The notes beneath the pieces were generated by a model. The model was not told where the DNA came from, made no database searches, and saw only the letters and a program-made list of their open reading frames with translations. From an uncultured delta proteobacterium (GTDB lineage: Bacteria > Myxococcota_A > Polyangia > Polyangiales > Polyangiaceae): 64,000 bases of DNA. A program made the position numbers and the translations under genes. Below, in pieces: positions 1-9,674 of this stretch; the stretch's first letter is position 1, and each line of letters begins with the position of its first letter. Location: NCBI GenBank assembly GCA_963782055.1, contig CAWAIF010000003.1:4768001-4832000 (forward strand). The letters are read 5' to 3'.

Positions 1-1233
1 GTGGACGACGGCGTGCCCCTCTACCAGAACGCCACGCTCGGCAAGAAGTCCTCCTCGCTGCTGGGCGAGTACACCGTCGTCCTGACCGAGGGCGCGAAGC
101 CGCCCAAGCTGACGGACGGCGACGAGATCCAGGTGGTGCCGGAGGAGGCATCCATCGACGACATCAAGAAGAACATCAACGACGTCGCCGTGCTGGTGAA
201 GCAGGTCGCCGGGCAGCTCGCCAAGTCCATCGGCACCGAGCAGGGCGGCCAGAACATCCGCCTCATCCTGCAGAACATGGCGGACGCCACCGACGCCCTC
301 AACAAGACCATCCGCGAGAACCGCGAGACCATCAAGGAGACGCTGGAGCGCCTGGACCGCATCACCGCGCAGAACGAGGCGCCGCTCGCCAAGATCACCG
401 ACAACGTGCGCGCCATCACCGAGGACGTGCGCAACCTGACGGCCGCCATCCAGGGGCGCGGCACCGGCACCGGCGCCGACGTCAAGGAGACCATCAGCCA
501 CCTGGACGAGTCGTCCAAGAGCCTGCAGAGCGCGCTCTCGCACATCGACCACGTCGCCGACCGCCTGGACAAGGGCGAAGGCACGCTGGGCCGCCTCTCC
601 AAGGACGACACCCTCATCAACGAGGTGCAGAGCGCGGCCGAGGGCATCAACAGCATCGTCGAGCCGATCGCGCGGCTGCAGACCATCGTCAGCCTCCGCA
701 GCGACTACAACTTCCTGTCCAACACGTTGAAGAGCTACTTCGAGCTGCGCCTCCAGCCGCGGGAGGACAAGTACTACATGATCCAGCTCATCAACGACCC
801 GCGCGGCCTCACCTCCTTCGCGCAGACGGACGTCGACACCACCAACCCCAACGAGCCGGCGCACTACCGCACGCTGACGACGACCACCACCGACAGCTTC
901 CGCTTCTCCCTGGAGCTCGCGCGGCAGCTCGGGCCGGTGCGCGGCCGGTTCGGCATCATCGAGTCGACGGGCGGCGTGGGCGTGGACCTGGTCCTGTTCA
1001 ACGGCCGCTTCGAGCTGGTCAACGACCTCTTCGGCTTCGGCGAGCAGGCGGTGCCGCGCTTCCGCTCCTTCCTCAGCTACGAGTTCATCAACCGGCTCTG
1101 GCTGCTGGGCGGCGTCGACAACGTCTTCCTGGACACGCGCCGTGACTACTTCGTCGGCCTGAACCTGCGCTTCAACGACGAGGACCTGAAGGCCGTCCTG
1201 CCCTTCGCGGGCGGCGCCGCGACCCCCAAGTGA
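1..1233 (+). CDS. MlaD/MCE-family protein (5'-truncated by the window edge)
   Basis: End of an MCE domain (SSLLGEYTVVL), a long coiled-coil region, the GEGTLGRL motif typical of MCE proteins and a beta-rich C-terminus. Confidence 0.8.
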   Translation: MDDGVPLYQNATLGKKSSSLLGEYTVVLTEGAKPPKLTDGDEIQVVPEEASIDDIKKNINDVAVLVKQVAGQLAKSIGTEQGGQNIRLILQNMADATDALNKTIRENRETIKETLERLDRITAQNEAPLAKITDNVRAITEDVRNLTAAIQGRGTGTGADVKETISHLDESSKSLQSALSHIDHVADRLDKGEGTLGRLSKDDTLINEVQSAAEGINSIVEPIARLQTIVSLRSDYNFLSNTLKSYFELRLQPREDKYYMIQLINDPRGLTSFAQTDVDTTNPNEPAHYRTLTTTTTDSFRFSLELARQLGPVRGRFGIIESTGGVGVDLVLFNGRFELVNDLFGFGEQAVPRFRSFLSYEFINRLWLLGGVDNVFLDTRRDYFVGLNLRFNDEDLKAVLPFAGGAATPK

Positions 1234-1249
1234 CCTCTCTCTCCCTCCG

Positions 1250-1292
1250 CGGTCTCTCTCCCTCTCCCGCGTAGGGAGCGGGCCGGGGGTGA
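1250..1292. repeat. Degenerate CCCTCTCCC...GGGAG palindromic (REP-like) element or bidirectional terminator between convergent genes
   Basis: tctctctccctctcccgcgtagggagcgggccgggggtgag lies in the 60-bp gap between two convergent stop codons. Confidence 0.35.
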
Positions 1293-1293
1293 G

Positions 1294-3261
1294 CTAGCGG
1301 ATCTCGAGCAGGTGGGCGGCGAGGAGCATGTCCAGCGCCCGGAGGACGGAGCCGGCGGTGGTCTGGCCGCCGCGCGTCGCCTCGCTGAGCAGCTCGCTCA
1401 GGCGCTTGGGTCTGCGCGAGAGCGCCTCCACCGCGGCGACCTGGGGCGGCCACCGCACCTGCAGCAGGCCCGGACGGTCCCGGCGGCCGGGGCCCACCAC
1501 CGCGTGAAGGCGCGTGCGGTAGCGCTCCAGCGCGCTCTCGCCGGGGACGGCCGCCTCCATCCCGGCGAGCATGAGGGTGGGCAGGTCCAGGTCCAGCGGG
1601 AACTCGACGTGGAGCGCGGTCTGGTTGCGGTAGAAGCTCGCCTGCCCCTGCGTCCACATGAACAGGTCCGCCACGCGATCGCGGCCCTGCTCGCGGATCG
1701 CCTGGAAGACGTCGACCGGGCTCACCAGGCCGAGGGAGATGAGGGTGTCGCCCATCCGGCCGTTGTGACGGGGGAGCACCGCGAGCGCCATGTCCAGCTC
1801 GTGGCGGGAGAGCTTGCCGCGCCGGACGAGATACTCGCCGAGCAGCTCGCTCGCGTTGGAGGAGGCGACGTGGTGAAGCCGCCCGCGCACGAAGTAGAGC
1901 TCCTTGCGCGCGTTGCGATCCCCGCGCTCGGCGAAGAGCACGCCGGTGTCGTCCTTCTCCAGGACGCAGAGCAGGACCTCCAGCATGGAGAAGTGGGAGA
2001 GGTCGTAGGTGGCGTCGGGCTTGCCCGGGCCCTCCAGCTTGCTCGTCGCCGGCGTCTGCGCGGGGAGGAAGCGCGCCAGATCCTCCACGTCGGCGACGGA
2101 CGCGTAACCGCGCCCGATGTAGTCGACCTGATCGGCGCGGCCCACCTCGCCGGTGGCCAGCGCCTCCACCAGCCGCGCGAACGTCCACGGGCCGTGCTTG
2201 GTGCCTGCCGTGGTGATGACGAAGGAGGGCAGGGTCGTGTACTCGCCGGTGGGCCGCTCCTCCTGCTCCACCGCCACCGGCGCCGCGGCGCGCATGCGGC
2301 TGCTGCTGTCGCGCACGGCGGCCATGGTGGAGCCGGAGCGCGAGCGCATCGCCTCCCGGACGAGCACCCCGAGCTCGGCGCGGGCGCCCGCGGGGTCGCC
2401 GGCGAAGGGGGCCAGCGCCTCGGCGAAAGCGCGGGCGCGCTCGAAGCGGTCGTCGGGGTTCTTGGAGAGGCCCTTGACCAGGGCCTGGTAGAGGCCGGGC
2501 GGGAGCTCGCCGGCGCGCGCGTGCAGCGCGTCGATGCGGCAGTCGCGGATGGCGAGGAGCACCGCGAGCTGACCGACGCCGGGGAAGAGCTGCTCGCCCA
2601 GCAACAGCTCGGCGAGGACGGTGGCCATGCTAAAGAGATCGGCGCGGTGATCGAACTCCTCGCCCGCGACCTGCTCCGGCGCCAGATAGGCGAACTTGCC
2701 CTTGAGCATCGCGCTGGCGGCGCGCTGCGCGGTGAGGCGCTCGTTGGCGCGCGCGATGCCGAAGTCGCCCAGCTTCACGTCCCCGTTCTTGGACAGGTAG
2801 ACGTTGGAGGGGGTCACGTCCCGGTGGACGATGTGGAGCGGGGTGCCCGCGGCGTCGGTCGCAGAGTGCACGTAGTCCAGCGCGAGGAGCACCTCCCGCG
2901 CGATGTGCACGGCGACGGGCACGGGGAGGCTCCGCCCGTCCTGCCGGGTGCGGCGGATCAGCCGGTAGCCGTCGACGCCCTCGACCCACTCCATCGCCAG
3001 GTAGGGCTCGCCGTCGTCGGTCTCGCCGGCGGCGAACACCTTCACGACGTTGTCGTGGCGGACGGAGGCGTGGAGCGCCGCCTCGCGGGCGAACATGGTG
3101 CGGCCCTCCTCGTCGCCCAGGAAGTCGGGCAGGAGGCGCTTCACCACGAGCTGCGGCGGCTCGCCGCGCGGGTCGGCGTGCCGCGCGAGGTAGACCTCCG
3201 CCGTTCCCCCGACGGCGAGGCGAGTCTCCAGGACGTAGGGGCCGAAGGTCACCTCTCGCAT
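1294..3261 (-). CDS. Ser/Thr protein kinase with a C-terminal DUF4388-like domain
   Basis: VVKR, HRDVTPSN, DFG and APE motifs; the C-terminal 'ELYFVRGRL...ELLGEYLVRRG...RMGDTLISLG' segment is typical of myxobacterial DUF4388/PilB-N-like domains. Confidence 0.9.
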   Translation of the reverse strand: MREVTFGPYVLETRLAVGGTAEVYLARHADPRGEPPQLVVKRLLPDFLGDEEGRTMFAREAALHASVRHDNVVKVFAAGETDDGEPYLAMEWVEGVDGYRLIRRTRQDGRSLPVPVAVHIAREVLLALDYVHSATDAAGTPLHIVHRDVTPSNVYLSKNGDVKLGDFGIARANERLTAQRAASAMLKGKFAYLAPEQVAGEEFDHRADLFSMATVLAELLLGEQLFPGVGQLAVLLAIRDCRIDALHARAGELPPGLYQALVKGLSKNPDDRFERARAFAEALAPFAGDPAGARAELGVLVREAMRSRSGSTMAAVRDSSSRMRAAAPVAVEQEERPTGEYTTLPSFVITTAGTKHGPWTFARLVEALATGEVGRADQVDYIGRGYASVADVEDLARFLPAQTPATSKLEGPGKPDATYDLSHFSMLEVLLCVLEKDDTGVLFAERGDRNARKELYFVRGRLHHVASSNASELLGEYLVRRGKLSRHELDMALAVLPRHNGRMGDTLISLGLVSPVDVFQAIREQGRDRVADLFMWTQGQASFYRNQTALHVEFPLDLDLPTLMLAGMEAAVPGESALERYRTRLHAVVGPGRRDRPGLLQVRWPPQVAAVEALSRRPKRLSELLSEATRGGQTTAGSVLRALDMLLAAHLLEIR

Positions 3262-3331
3262 GGCACGCCGTATCTTCGCCGCCGCGGGGCGCTTTCTCCT
3301 TCCCTGTCCATTGAGTATCTATACGACGACC

Positions 3332-4993
3332 ATGATCGAGCATCGGCGGGCGCGCTGCAAATGGCAACCGAGATTGACGGCTCGAGCGTCGGCGCTCGCG
3401 CTCTTCTGCACCATCGCCGGGGCCGCGGCCTCGGCCTGCGAGGGCTGCCACCCCCAGAGAGGGGCCCAGCCGGACGCGGCGGACGCGCCGACGGTGCGGC
3501 TTTACCTCGTCTCCGACCCGGCCGGCGCGCTCGAGCCGTGCGGGTGCGTCAAGGACCAGCTCGGGGGCCTGAACCACGTGGCGGCGTGGATGAAGGGGGA
3601 GCGAAAGCGCGCGCCCGACAGCCTCTTCGTCTCCGCCGGGCCGCTCTTCTTCATCGACCCGGTCATCGAGCCGCCGAAGAAGGCGCAGGAGCTCGCCAAG
3701 GCCGAGACGCTCGCCGCCTCCCTGAAGGACCTGGGCCTCGTGTCCTTCTCCCCCGGGCGCAACGACTGGGCGCTCGGGCAGGACACCTTCGCCCGGCTGG
3801 CGGGGGAGAGCGGCGCCGCCGCGCTCGCGGCGAACGCCACCCCCGCGAGCGGCGTCTTCCACGCCTCGGTGCTGCGCGAGGTGCACGGCGTGAAGGTGGG
3901 CATCGTCGGGGTGGCCCAGCCGGACAAGGCGACCGAGGGGATGCCCACCGACGGCTTCACCTTCGCGGCGCCGGAGGAGGCGGCCAAGGCAGAGGCGGCG
4001 AAGCTGAAGGCGCAGGGCGCGCAGGTGCTGGTGGCGCTCGCCGCCGTGGGCCGCGGGGAGGCCAAGCGCATCGCCGACGCCGTGCCGGACTTCACCGTCG
4101 TGGTGGTCGGGTCGACGGGCGGCGGCGGGGAGGAGAACACGCCCACCCCCTCCCCCGAGCTGGACGGCAAGGTGATCGTCGCCCAGACGGGCAACCACCT
4201 GCAGACCGTCGGCGTGCTGGACCTCTTCGTGCGCGACGGCTCCTTCGACTTCCACGACGCCACCGGCCTCGGCCGCGGCCAGAAGCGCGATGACCTCACG
4301 CGACGCATCGACGAGCTGCGCGGCAAGATCGCCGACTGGGAGAAGTCGGGGAAGGTGGACCCGAAGGACCTCGCCGCCCGAAAGGCGGACCTGGCCCGGC
4401 TGGAGTCGCAGAAGAAGGCGCTGGACGAGGCGCCGGCGCCCAAGGCGGGGAGCTTCTTCCGCTACACCAGCACCGAGGTGCGCGACTCGCTGGGGAGCGA
4501 CGACGCCATCCAGAAGCAGCTACTTGCATACTACAAGAAGGTGGACGACATGAACCGCGTCGCCTTCGCCGGGTTGAAGCCGCCGCCCGCGCCGCCCGGC
4601 GGCGACTCCTACGCCGGCGTGGAGGCGTGCAGCACGTGCCACGCGGCGCCGCGGGCGGTGTGGGACAAGACCGCGCACGCCCACGCGTACGTGACGCTGT
4701 CGTCGCAGTTCAAGGAGTTCAACCTGGACTGCGTGAGCTGCCACGTCACCGGCTACGACCGCCCCGGCGGGAGCACGGTGACGCACGTGGAGAAGCTGAA
4801 GGACGTGCAGTGCGAGGTGTGCCACGGGCCCTCGTCGCGGCACGCGGAGAACCCGAAGATCCCGCCGGAGGTGCCGAAGCCGACAGCGCAGATCTGCACC
4901 ACTTGCCACCACCCGCCGCACGTCCACACCTTCGACGCGCAGGCGAAGCTGCAGGAGATCCTCGGCCCCGGGCACGGCAAGCCGCTGCACTGA
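3332..4993 (+). CDS. Exported UshA/5'-nucleotidase-like domain fused to a multiheme cytochrome c (c554-like)
   Basis: Signal peptide; GALEPCGC..LGGL motif; coiled coil; C-terminal CSTCH, CVSCH, CEVCH and CTTCH, plus CEGCH at the N-terminus. Start moved to ATG 3332 because 3260 overlaps the divergent kinase start. Confidence 0.8.
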   Translation: MIEHRRARCKWQPRLTARASALALFCTIAGAAASACEGCHPQRGAQPDAADAPTVRLYLVSDPAGALEPCGCVKDQLGGLNHVAAWMKGERKRAPDSLFVSAGPLFFIDPVIEPPKKAQELAKAETLAASLKDLGLVSFSPGRNDWALGQDTFARLAGESGAAALAANATPASGVFHASVLREVHGVKVGIVGVAQPDKATEGMPTDGFTFAAPEEAAKAEAAKLKAQGAQVLVALAAVGRGEAKRIADAVPDFTVVVVGSTGGGGEENTPTPSPELDGKVIVAQTGNHLQTVGVLDLFVRDGSFDFHDATGLGRGQKRDDLTRRIDELRGKIADWEKSGKVDPKDLAARKADLARLESQKKALDEAPAPKAGSFFRYTSTEVRDSLGSDDAIQKQLLAYYKKVDDMNRVAFAGLKPPPAPPGGDSYAGVEACSTCHAAPRAVWDKTAHAHAYVTLSSQFKEFNLDCVSCHVTGYDRPGGSTVTHVEKLKDVQCEVCHGPSSRHAENPKIPPEVPKPTAQICTTCHHPPHVHTFDAQAKLQEILGPGHGKPLH

Positions 4994-4999
4994 GAGGCG

Positions 5000-6193
5000 C
5001 TACAGGCCCGCGACGTGGTTCTTGAAGGTCGTGCCGTAGGGCGTCGTCGCGGTCCCGGAGTAGTTCTGGATGAGGTCGAGGCAGTCGCCCCAGGTGTCCC
5101 ACGTCCAGGCGAGGTAGCTCTGCTTCTTGCCGTCGAGCCAGTTCATCAGCGTCGTGATGAAGCCGCCCCCGCAGTCCTGCTCGCCGATCTCGGTCGCGAC
5201 GACGGGGTACTTCTTGGCCACCGCGCCGGCGGTGGCGTCGTAGCAGCTGGTGTCGCTGCAGAGGTTGAAGTCGTAGACGTGCCACGCCGCGGCGAGGTTG
5301 TTCGCCGGGTCGGCGGGCACGTGCGTCAGCCACTGCGAGAGCGCGTTGGAGTACTCCACGCCGCCGAGCAGGACGAGGTTGTTCGCGCCCGCCGCGCGGA
5401 CGGCGGAGACGAGGGTGCTCATCCCCGCCACGGTGTAGTTGATGCCGCTGCAGGAGCCGCCCTTCTCCCAGCACGTCCAGGCGGCGTTGGTGTCCTGGTT
5501 GTTGTCCGGGTACGGCTCGTTGTGCATCTCCAGCACCACATCGGGCCGGCTGGCGAAGGCGGCGGCCACCTGCGACCAGAAGGTGACCGAGTGATCCATG
5601 TCGGGCATCGGCCGCTGCCCGGTCGCGGGCGTCGAGCCGGGCGCCGTCCAGTGCAGCTCGAGGATGGGGTACATGCCGTGCGCCAGGATGCGATCGGCGA
5701 AGTCGGAGAGGGCCTTCTGGTAGTTGGCGCCCGCGTACTGCGACGGCACGCCGTTGATGCCGAGCCAGCAGTCCTCGTTCATGGGGACGCGCACCGCGTT
5801 GACGTTCTTCCAGCTCGCGATGGCGGCGAGGGAGGCGTCGTCGGATGGGCCGTCGAAGATGCCGAAGCCCTGGATGCACGCGTACTCGGTGCCGGAGCGG
5901 TTCACGCCGTGGAGCTGCACGGTGTTGCCCTTGCCGTCGACGAGCAGGTTGCCGACGGCGTGGAGGTAGTGCACCCCGGCGTCGCCCGACGGCGAGGCGT
6001 CGGCGTCGCCCGACGGCGAGGCGTCGCCCGTCGCGTCGGCGCCGACCGCGGCGTCCAGCGCAGGCGAGGCGCCCGCGTCGCCCGTGGCGGAGGGGTCGGC
6101 GGCGTCGGGCTCGCTCGAGCTGGAGGTCGTCGAAGGCCCGCACGCGAAGGCGGCGGACGCCATGAGGGCGATGGCCCATCGGAGTTGCTGCAT
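5000..6193 (-). CDS. Glycoside hydrolase family 5 (endoglucanase-like) lipoprotein
   Basis: Lipobox AFAC, acidic DA linker, GVNRSG.EYAC, acid/base motif HNEP, nucleophile region ATEIG, YLAWTW. Confidence 0.9.
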   Translation of the reverse strand: MQQLRWAIALMASAAFACGPSTTSSSSEPDAADPSATGDAGASPALDAAVGADATGDASPSGDADASPSGDAGVHYLHAVGNLLVDGKGNTVQLHGVNRSGTEYACIQGFGIFDGPSDDASLAAIASWKNVNAVRVPMNEDCWLGINGVPSQYAGANYQKALSDFADRILAHGMYPILELHWTAPGSTPATGQRPMPDMDHSVTFWSQVAAAFASRPDVVLEMHNEPYPDNNQDTNAAWTCWEKGGSCSGINYTVAGMSTLVSAVRAAGANNLVLLGGVEYSNALSQWLTHVPADPANNLAAAWHVYDFNLCSDTSCYDATAGAVAKKYPVVATEIGEQDCGGGFITTLMNWLDGKKQSYLAWTWDTWGDCLDLIQNYSGTATTPYGTTFKNHVAGL

Positions 6194-6337
6194 GCCGATG
6201 CTCTAGCAACCGGACTCGCGACTCGGCTCGTGGCTCATGCGCGATTGCTCGCATCATGTGCGGCACGAGCGTGCGGCGCCGCTCGGGCCGAGCTCTCCCA
6301 AAATTGTCCGTGGCTCAGGCGTGCGCATCGGCCTAGA

Positions 6338-6856
6338 ATGGACGCCATGTCCGGCTCGGCTTCCGACAAATCCGGCGACGCGACCGCCAGCCGCGCGCTG
6401 CTCACCGCCGCGCTCGGCGGCCTCCTGTGCGTCGGGATGCCGGCCTGCAGCGCCACCGACCCGGGCTCCGACACCGTCGCCCCCGGCGGCCGACCGGACG
6501 CCGCGCTGGCGTCCCCTGCCGTGCAACCGGACGCGGGCGTCGGCCTGGACGCCTCCGTCGACCTGGACGCCTCCGCCGCCGATGCCGCCGCCGGGGACGC
6601 GGCGCCCGCGTGCGAGGGTGGCCCGGGCGATGCCGCCCCGATCATCACCTCCTCGACCATCGTCCCCGACCTGACGCTGGAGGACTTCACCGCCGAGTGC
6701 GACAAGCGCGGCGGCACCGTGGAGATCCACCCGCACTGCGGCGGGGAGAACACCTGTCGCGGGATGTCCTACGACACCGGGACGCAGACCCTCACCGAGC
6801 ACACCTGCCGCGGGATGAACGTCTGCGCGGGCTTCAGCTGCGTCATCTGCGACTGA
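6338..6856 (+). CDS. Small Cys-rich lipoprotein; candidate MNIO (bufferin BufA2-like) precursor
   Basis: 3' part of ORF 5015..6856 (start ATG 6338 or 6347); hydrophobic leader ending in MPAC; repeats HCGGENTCRG and HTCRGMNVCAG; its stop is 3 nt from the DUF2063 stop. Confidence 0.7.
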   Translation: MDAMSGSASDKSGDATASRALLTAALGGLLCVGMPACSATDPGSDTVAPGGRPDAALASPAVQPDAGVGLDASVDLDASAADAAAGDAAPACEGGPGDAAPIITSSTIVPDLTLEDFTAECDKRGGTVEIHPHCGGENTCRGMSYDTGTQTLTEHTCRGMNVCAGFSCVICD

Positions 6857-6859
6857 GCC

Positions 6860-7732
6860 TCAGCCGGCCCCGGCCCAGAAGCCCAGCGTCACGCTGCGGG
6901 CGAGCCACGCCTGCGTCTTGACCGGCAGCTCGCCGCGCTCCTCGGCGGGGCACGCCGCCTCCAGCCGGGCGAGGGCGTCGCGCACCGTGTGGCGACCGAG
7001 CAGGTCGAGGAGCTCCGCCTCGCGCGCCTCCAGCGGGAGGTGGCCCAGCCCCTCCGGCCGGCGGACAATCGCCCACCACCGCGCCTCGGGCAGCCGCGCG
7101 GGGAGCGCGACCGGAGCCTCCGTCGCGTCGTCGCGCGCCTGCTTGCGAAGCTCGAGCAGCGGCCAGCTCTCCTTCACCAGCGCCGCTGCCGGAGAGGGAA
7201 CCAGCCGCGCGTCGAGCAGCCGCGGGGCGTCGCTCGCCGAGGGACGGTACGGCAGGATCTCCGGCGCGCCGAGCACGCGCATGAATGCGGCGTCGATGCG
7301 CGCTGCCTCCACGAGCGCCTCCCGAGCGACCAGGCGGTCGCCGGCGGCGACGTGCTCGCCCGGCGTCTCCTCGTCGAGGAAGGTCTCGAAGCCGTCCGCC
7401 GCGCGGCCGACGTCCCACCCGTGCGGGGGGTGAGCGAGCAGGAAGCGCGAAGCGTGATCGTTGAAGGTCCAGTGACCGAGCAGCCGCGTGGTGAGCGGGA
7501 AGGCGGTCTGCAGCACGCCGAAGAGGCGAAACCAGTACTGCCGGTTGTAGACGGCGAGCCGCTCCGCGCCGCTCGTCTTCGGGCCGCCCCGCGCCTGCTC
7601 CACGAGGGCGGCGTCGTAGGCGGCGGGCGTCGCCCTGAGCGTGCCGCTCGCGCGGTCGAGCGGCGTGCGGATGGTCGCGCCGAAGCGCGCCTGCAGGTCG
7701 GCGAGCCAGGCCGGGGCGTCCCGCGAGCTCAC
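6860..7732 (-). CDS. DUF2063-type MNIO partner protein (HvfC/BufC-like)
   Basis: RLAVYNRQYWFRL...FPLTTRLLG signature; the GTG start overlaps the DUF692 stop (GTGA). Confidence 0.8.
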   Translation of the reverse strand: MSSRDAPAWLADLQARFGATIRTPLDRASGTLRATPAAYDAALVEQARGGPKTSGAERLAVYNRQYWFRLFGVLQTAFPLTTRLLGHWTFNDHASRFLLAHPPHGWDVGRAADGFETFLDEETPGEHVAAGDRLVAREALVEAARIDAAFMRVLGAPEILPYRPSASDAPRLLDARLVPSPAAALVKESWPLLELRKQARDDATEAPVALPARLPEARWWAIVRRPEGLGHLPLEAREAELLDLLGRHTVRDALARLEAACPAEERGELPVKTQAWLARSVTLGFWAGAG

Positions 7733-8565
7733 GCGCGCGCCTCCCGCGCCCGCTCCAGCTCCGCCAGCACCTCCGGCATGGGCGGGATGCGGGCGTCCCA
7801 CTCGAGCAGCGTCGGGAAGGGCCCGCCCATCCGCCACGCGCGCGCGTAGAGCGACCACACCGCGTCGGCCACCGGGTGGTCGTGCGTGTCGACGATGGTG
7901 CCGTCCGGCTCGCGCGCGAACCCCGCCAGGTGGACCTCGAGGACGCGGGAGAAGTCGATCGCCGCGAGGTACGCGTCCGGGTCGAAGCCGTGGTTCTGGC
8001 TGGAGACGTAGACGTTGTTGACGTCGAACAGGAACCAGCAGCCCGACTCGCGCACCACGCGCGTGTAGAAGTCCCACTCGGTGAGCGTGGACCCGGCGAA
8101 GGTCACGTAGCTGGAGAGGTTCTCGATCCCGAAGGGGCGCCCCAGCCGCCGCTGCACGGCGTACGCGCGCTCCGCCGCCCACTCGACGAGCTCGGGTCGG
8201 TAGGGCGTGGGCAGCAGGTCGTGGTGGGAGACGCCGTGCGCGCCGGTCCAGCAGAGGTGATCGGTGACGAAGGGCGCGTCCACCTCGTCGGCGAGCCGGC
8301 AGAGGGCGTCGAGGTAGGCCTCGTCCAGCGGCGCGTGGCCGAGCAGGTTGAGGCCCACGCCGTGGAGCACCACGGGGTAGCGCGCGCGCACGCGGGCGAG
8401 CTTGTGCCGCGGGGGGAGCGCGGCGTCGAGGAAGTTCTCGCTGATGATCTCGAAGTACCCGACCTCCGGCTCGTGCTCGAAGAGGTACGGGTAGTGCGAC
8501 GGCCGCAGCCCCAGCCCGAGGGCCTCGCCGGCGAGGCCGCGGGCCGCCCGGACACGCTCGCTCAC
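7729..8565 (-). CDS. DUF692 multinuclear non-heme iron-dependent oxidase (MbnB/TglH/BufB family)
   Basis: GLGLR..HY, EIISENF, LHGVGL, TDHLCW, IENLSSY, FDVNNVY, HLAG, DTHD and LLEWD motifs. Confidence 0.93.
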   Translation of the reverse strand: MSERVRAARGLAGEALGLGLRPSHYPYLFEHEPEVGYFEIISENFLDAALPPRHKLARVRARYPVVLHGVGLNLLGHAPLDEAYLDALCRLADEVDAPFVTDHLCWTGAHGVSHHDLLPTPYRPELVEWAAERAYAVQRRLGRPFGIENLSSYVTFAGSTLTEWDFYTRVVRESGCWFLFDVNNVYVSSQNHGFDPDAYLAAIDFSRVLEVHLAGFAREPDGTIVDTHDHPVADAVWSLYARAWRMGGPFPTLLEWDARIPPMPEVLAELERAREARA

Positions 8566-8600
8566 GTCGCGCGAGGTGGACACGACGAGGAGGGTAGCAC

Positions 8601-9674
8601 TCAGTAGACGAAGGGCACGATCCGGTGGGGCACGCGCTTCCGGTACTCGTCCCACAGCGCGCCGTACTTCGCCGCGCACCGCCTGTCGTCGTCGCGCTCG
8701 CGGGGCACCAGCAGCGCGAGGTAGTACGCCGGGTACAGCCAAGGCCACGGGTCGCTCGGCCGCGCGAGGGCGAGCGTCAGGCCGAGCGCCATCAGGATCT
8801 CGCCCAGGTAGTTGACGTGGCGGGAGACGCCCCAGAACCCGCCGACGAGCAGCGTGTGCTCGCCGTCGGCGATCGTCCGCGGCGCCAGCAGGCCGAGGAG
8901 CTTCGCCGGCGGGCGCGTCTTGAAGAGGAACTTCTGGAGGTTCGCCCCGCGGGAGAGGGCCCAGCCGCCGAAGAAGACGAGCCCGGCGGCCGCGAGCAGC
9001 CACGCCGGGGCGTGGGGGTCGGGCGCGCGCGCCGCGGACCAGAGCCCCACGCAGTAGAAGAAGGGGTAGAAGGTGAAGCAGCCCCAGCCCAGCTTGAAGC
9101 CCACGCGCTCGGCGAAGAAATCGTAGGTGTACAGGTGCACCTCCTCGAAGAAGAGGTACTCGCTCACGAAGAAGGTGAAGAGCGCGGAGTACACCACGAC
9201 CGAGATCGCCGTGACGCCGCCGTTGACCTTCGCCTCGTGAGCGGCGAAGGAGAGGACGTTGAGCTCCAGCATCACCGCGCCGATGAGGTACAGGTACATC
9301 TTGGCGTCCACCAGCCCGCCGAGCAGCTGCGGGTTGGCGCGCCGGCCGAGGAAGAGCTCCGCCAGGAAGGGCTTGCCGGTGGGCGGCGCGCCGAGCACCA
9401 CGGCGAAGGTGAACGCCAGCCCCAGGGCGCACGCTCCAGCCAGCGCCTCCCACCGGTGATCCCACAGGAAATCGCGGGGCAGGACGCCGAAGTGGTCCAG
9501 GCCGTAGTAGGCGAGCAGGGTGACGGCGAGCACGCGCAGGCCGTTGAGGCGGTAGGTGAGCTTCTCCCCGTTGTCGCCCGTGACGTAGCCGCGCACGGTG
9601 CGCGCGGGCAGCAGCACGTGGAGCACGAGCACCCACGCGTAGACGGCGAGCGGCGCGACGAGCCCGGCGATCAA
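8601..9674 (-). CDS. ERG4/ERG24-family sterol reductase-like membrane protein
   Basis: YRLNG, FLGRRANPQ, YDFFAERVGFKLGWG, ANLQKFLFK, GFWGVSRHVNYLGE and RERDDDRRCAAKYG..W.EY motifs; the TTG start overlaps the SDR stop. Confidence 0.88.
   Translation of the reverse strand: MIAGLVAPLAVYAWVLVLHVLLPARTVRGYVTGDNGEKLTYRLNGLRVLAVTLLAYYGLDHFGVLPRDFLWDHRWEALAGACALGLAFTFAVVLGAPPTGKPFLAELFLGRRANPQLLGGLVDAKMYLYLIGAVMLELNVLSFAAHEAKVNGGVTAISVVVYSALFTFFVSEYLFFEEVHLYTYDFFAERVGFKLGWGCFTFYPFFYCVGLWSAARAPDPHAPAWLLAAAGLVFFGGWALSRGANLQKFLFKTRPPAKLLGLLAPRTIADGEHTLLVGGFWGVSRHVNYLGEILMALGLTLALARPSDPWPWLYPAYYLALLVPRERDDDRRCAAKYGALWDEYRKRVPHRIVPFVY

Noticed and set aside
1312..4293. Long antisense or alternate-frame ORFs (e.g. 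993 aa here, also 17164..19626, 32936..35539, 45424..48183)
   Set aside because: Expected in high-GC DNA where stops are rare; they overlap well-supported genes and have no motifs
7729..9636. 635-aa ORF suggesting a long N-terminal extension on DUF692
   Set aside because: The extension is an Arg/Pro-rich off-frame reading of the sterol reductase gene; the real start is near 8565
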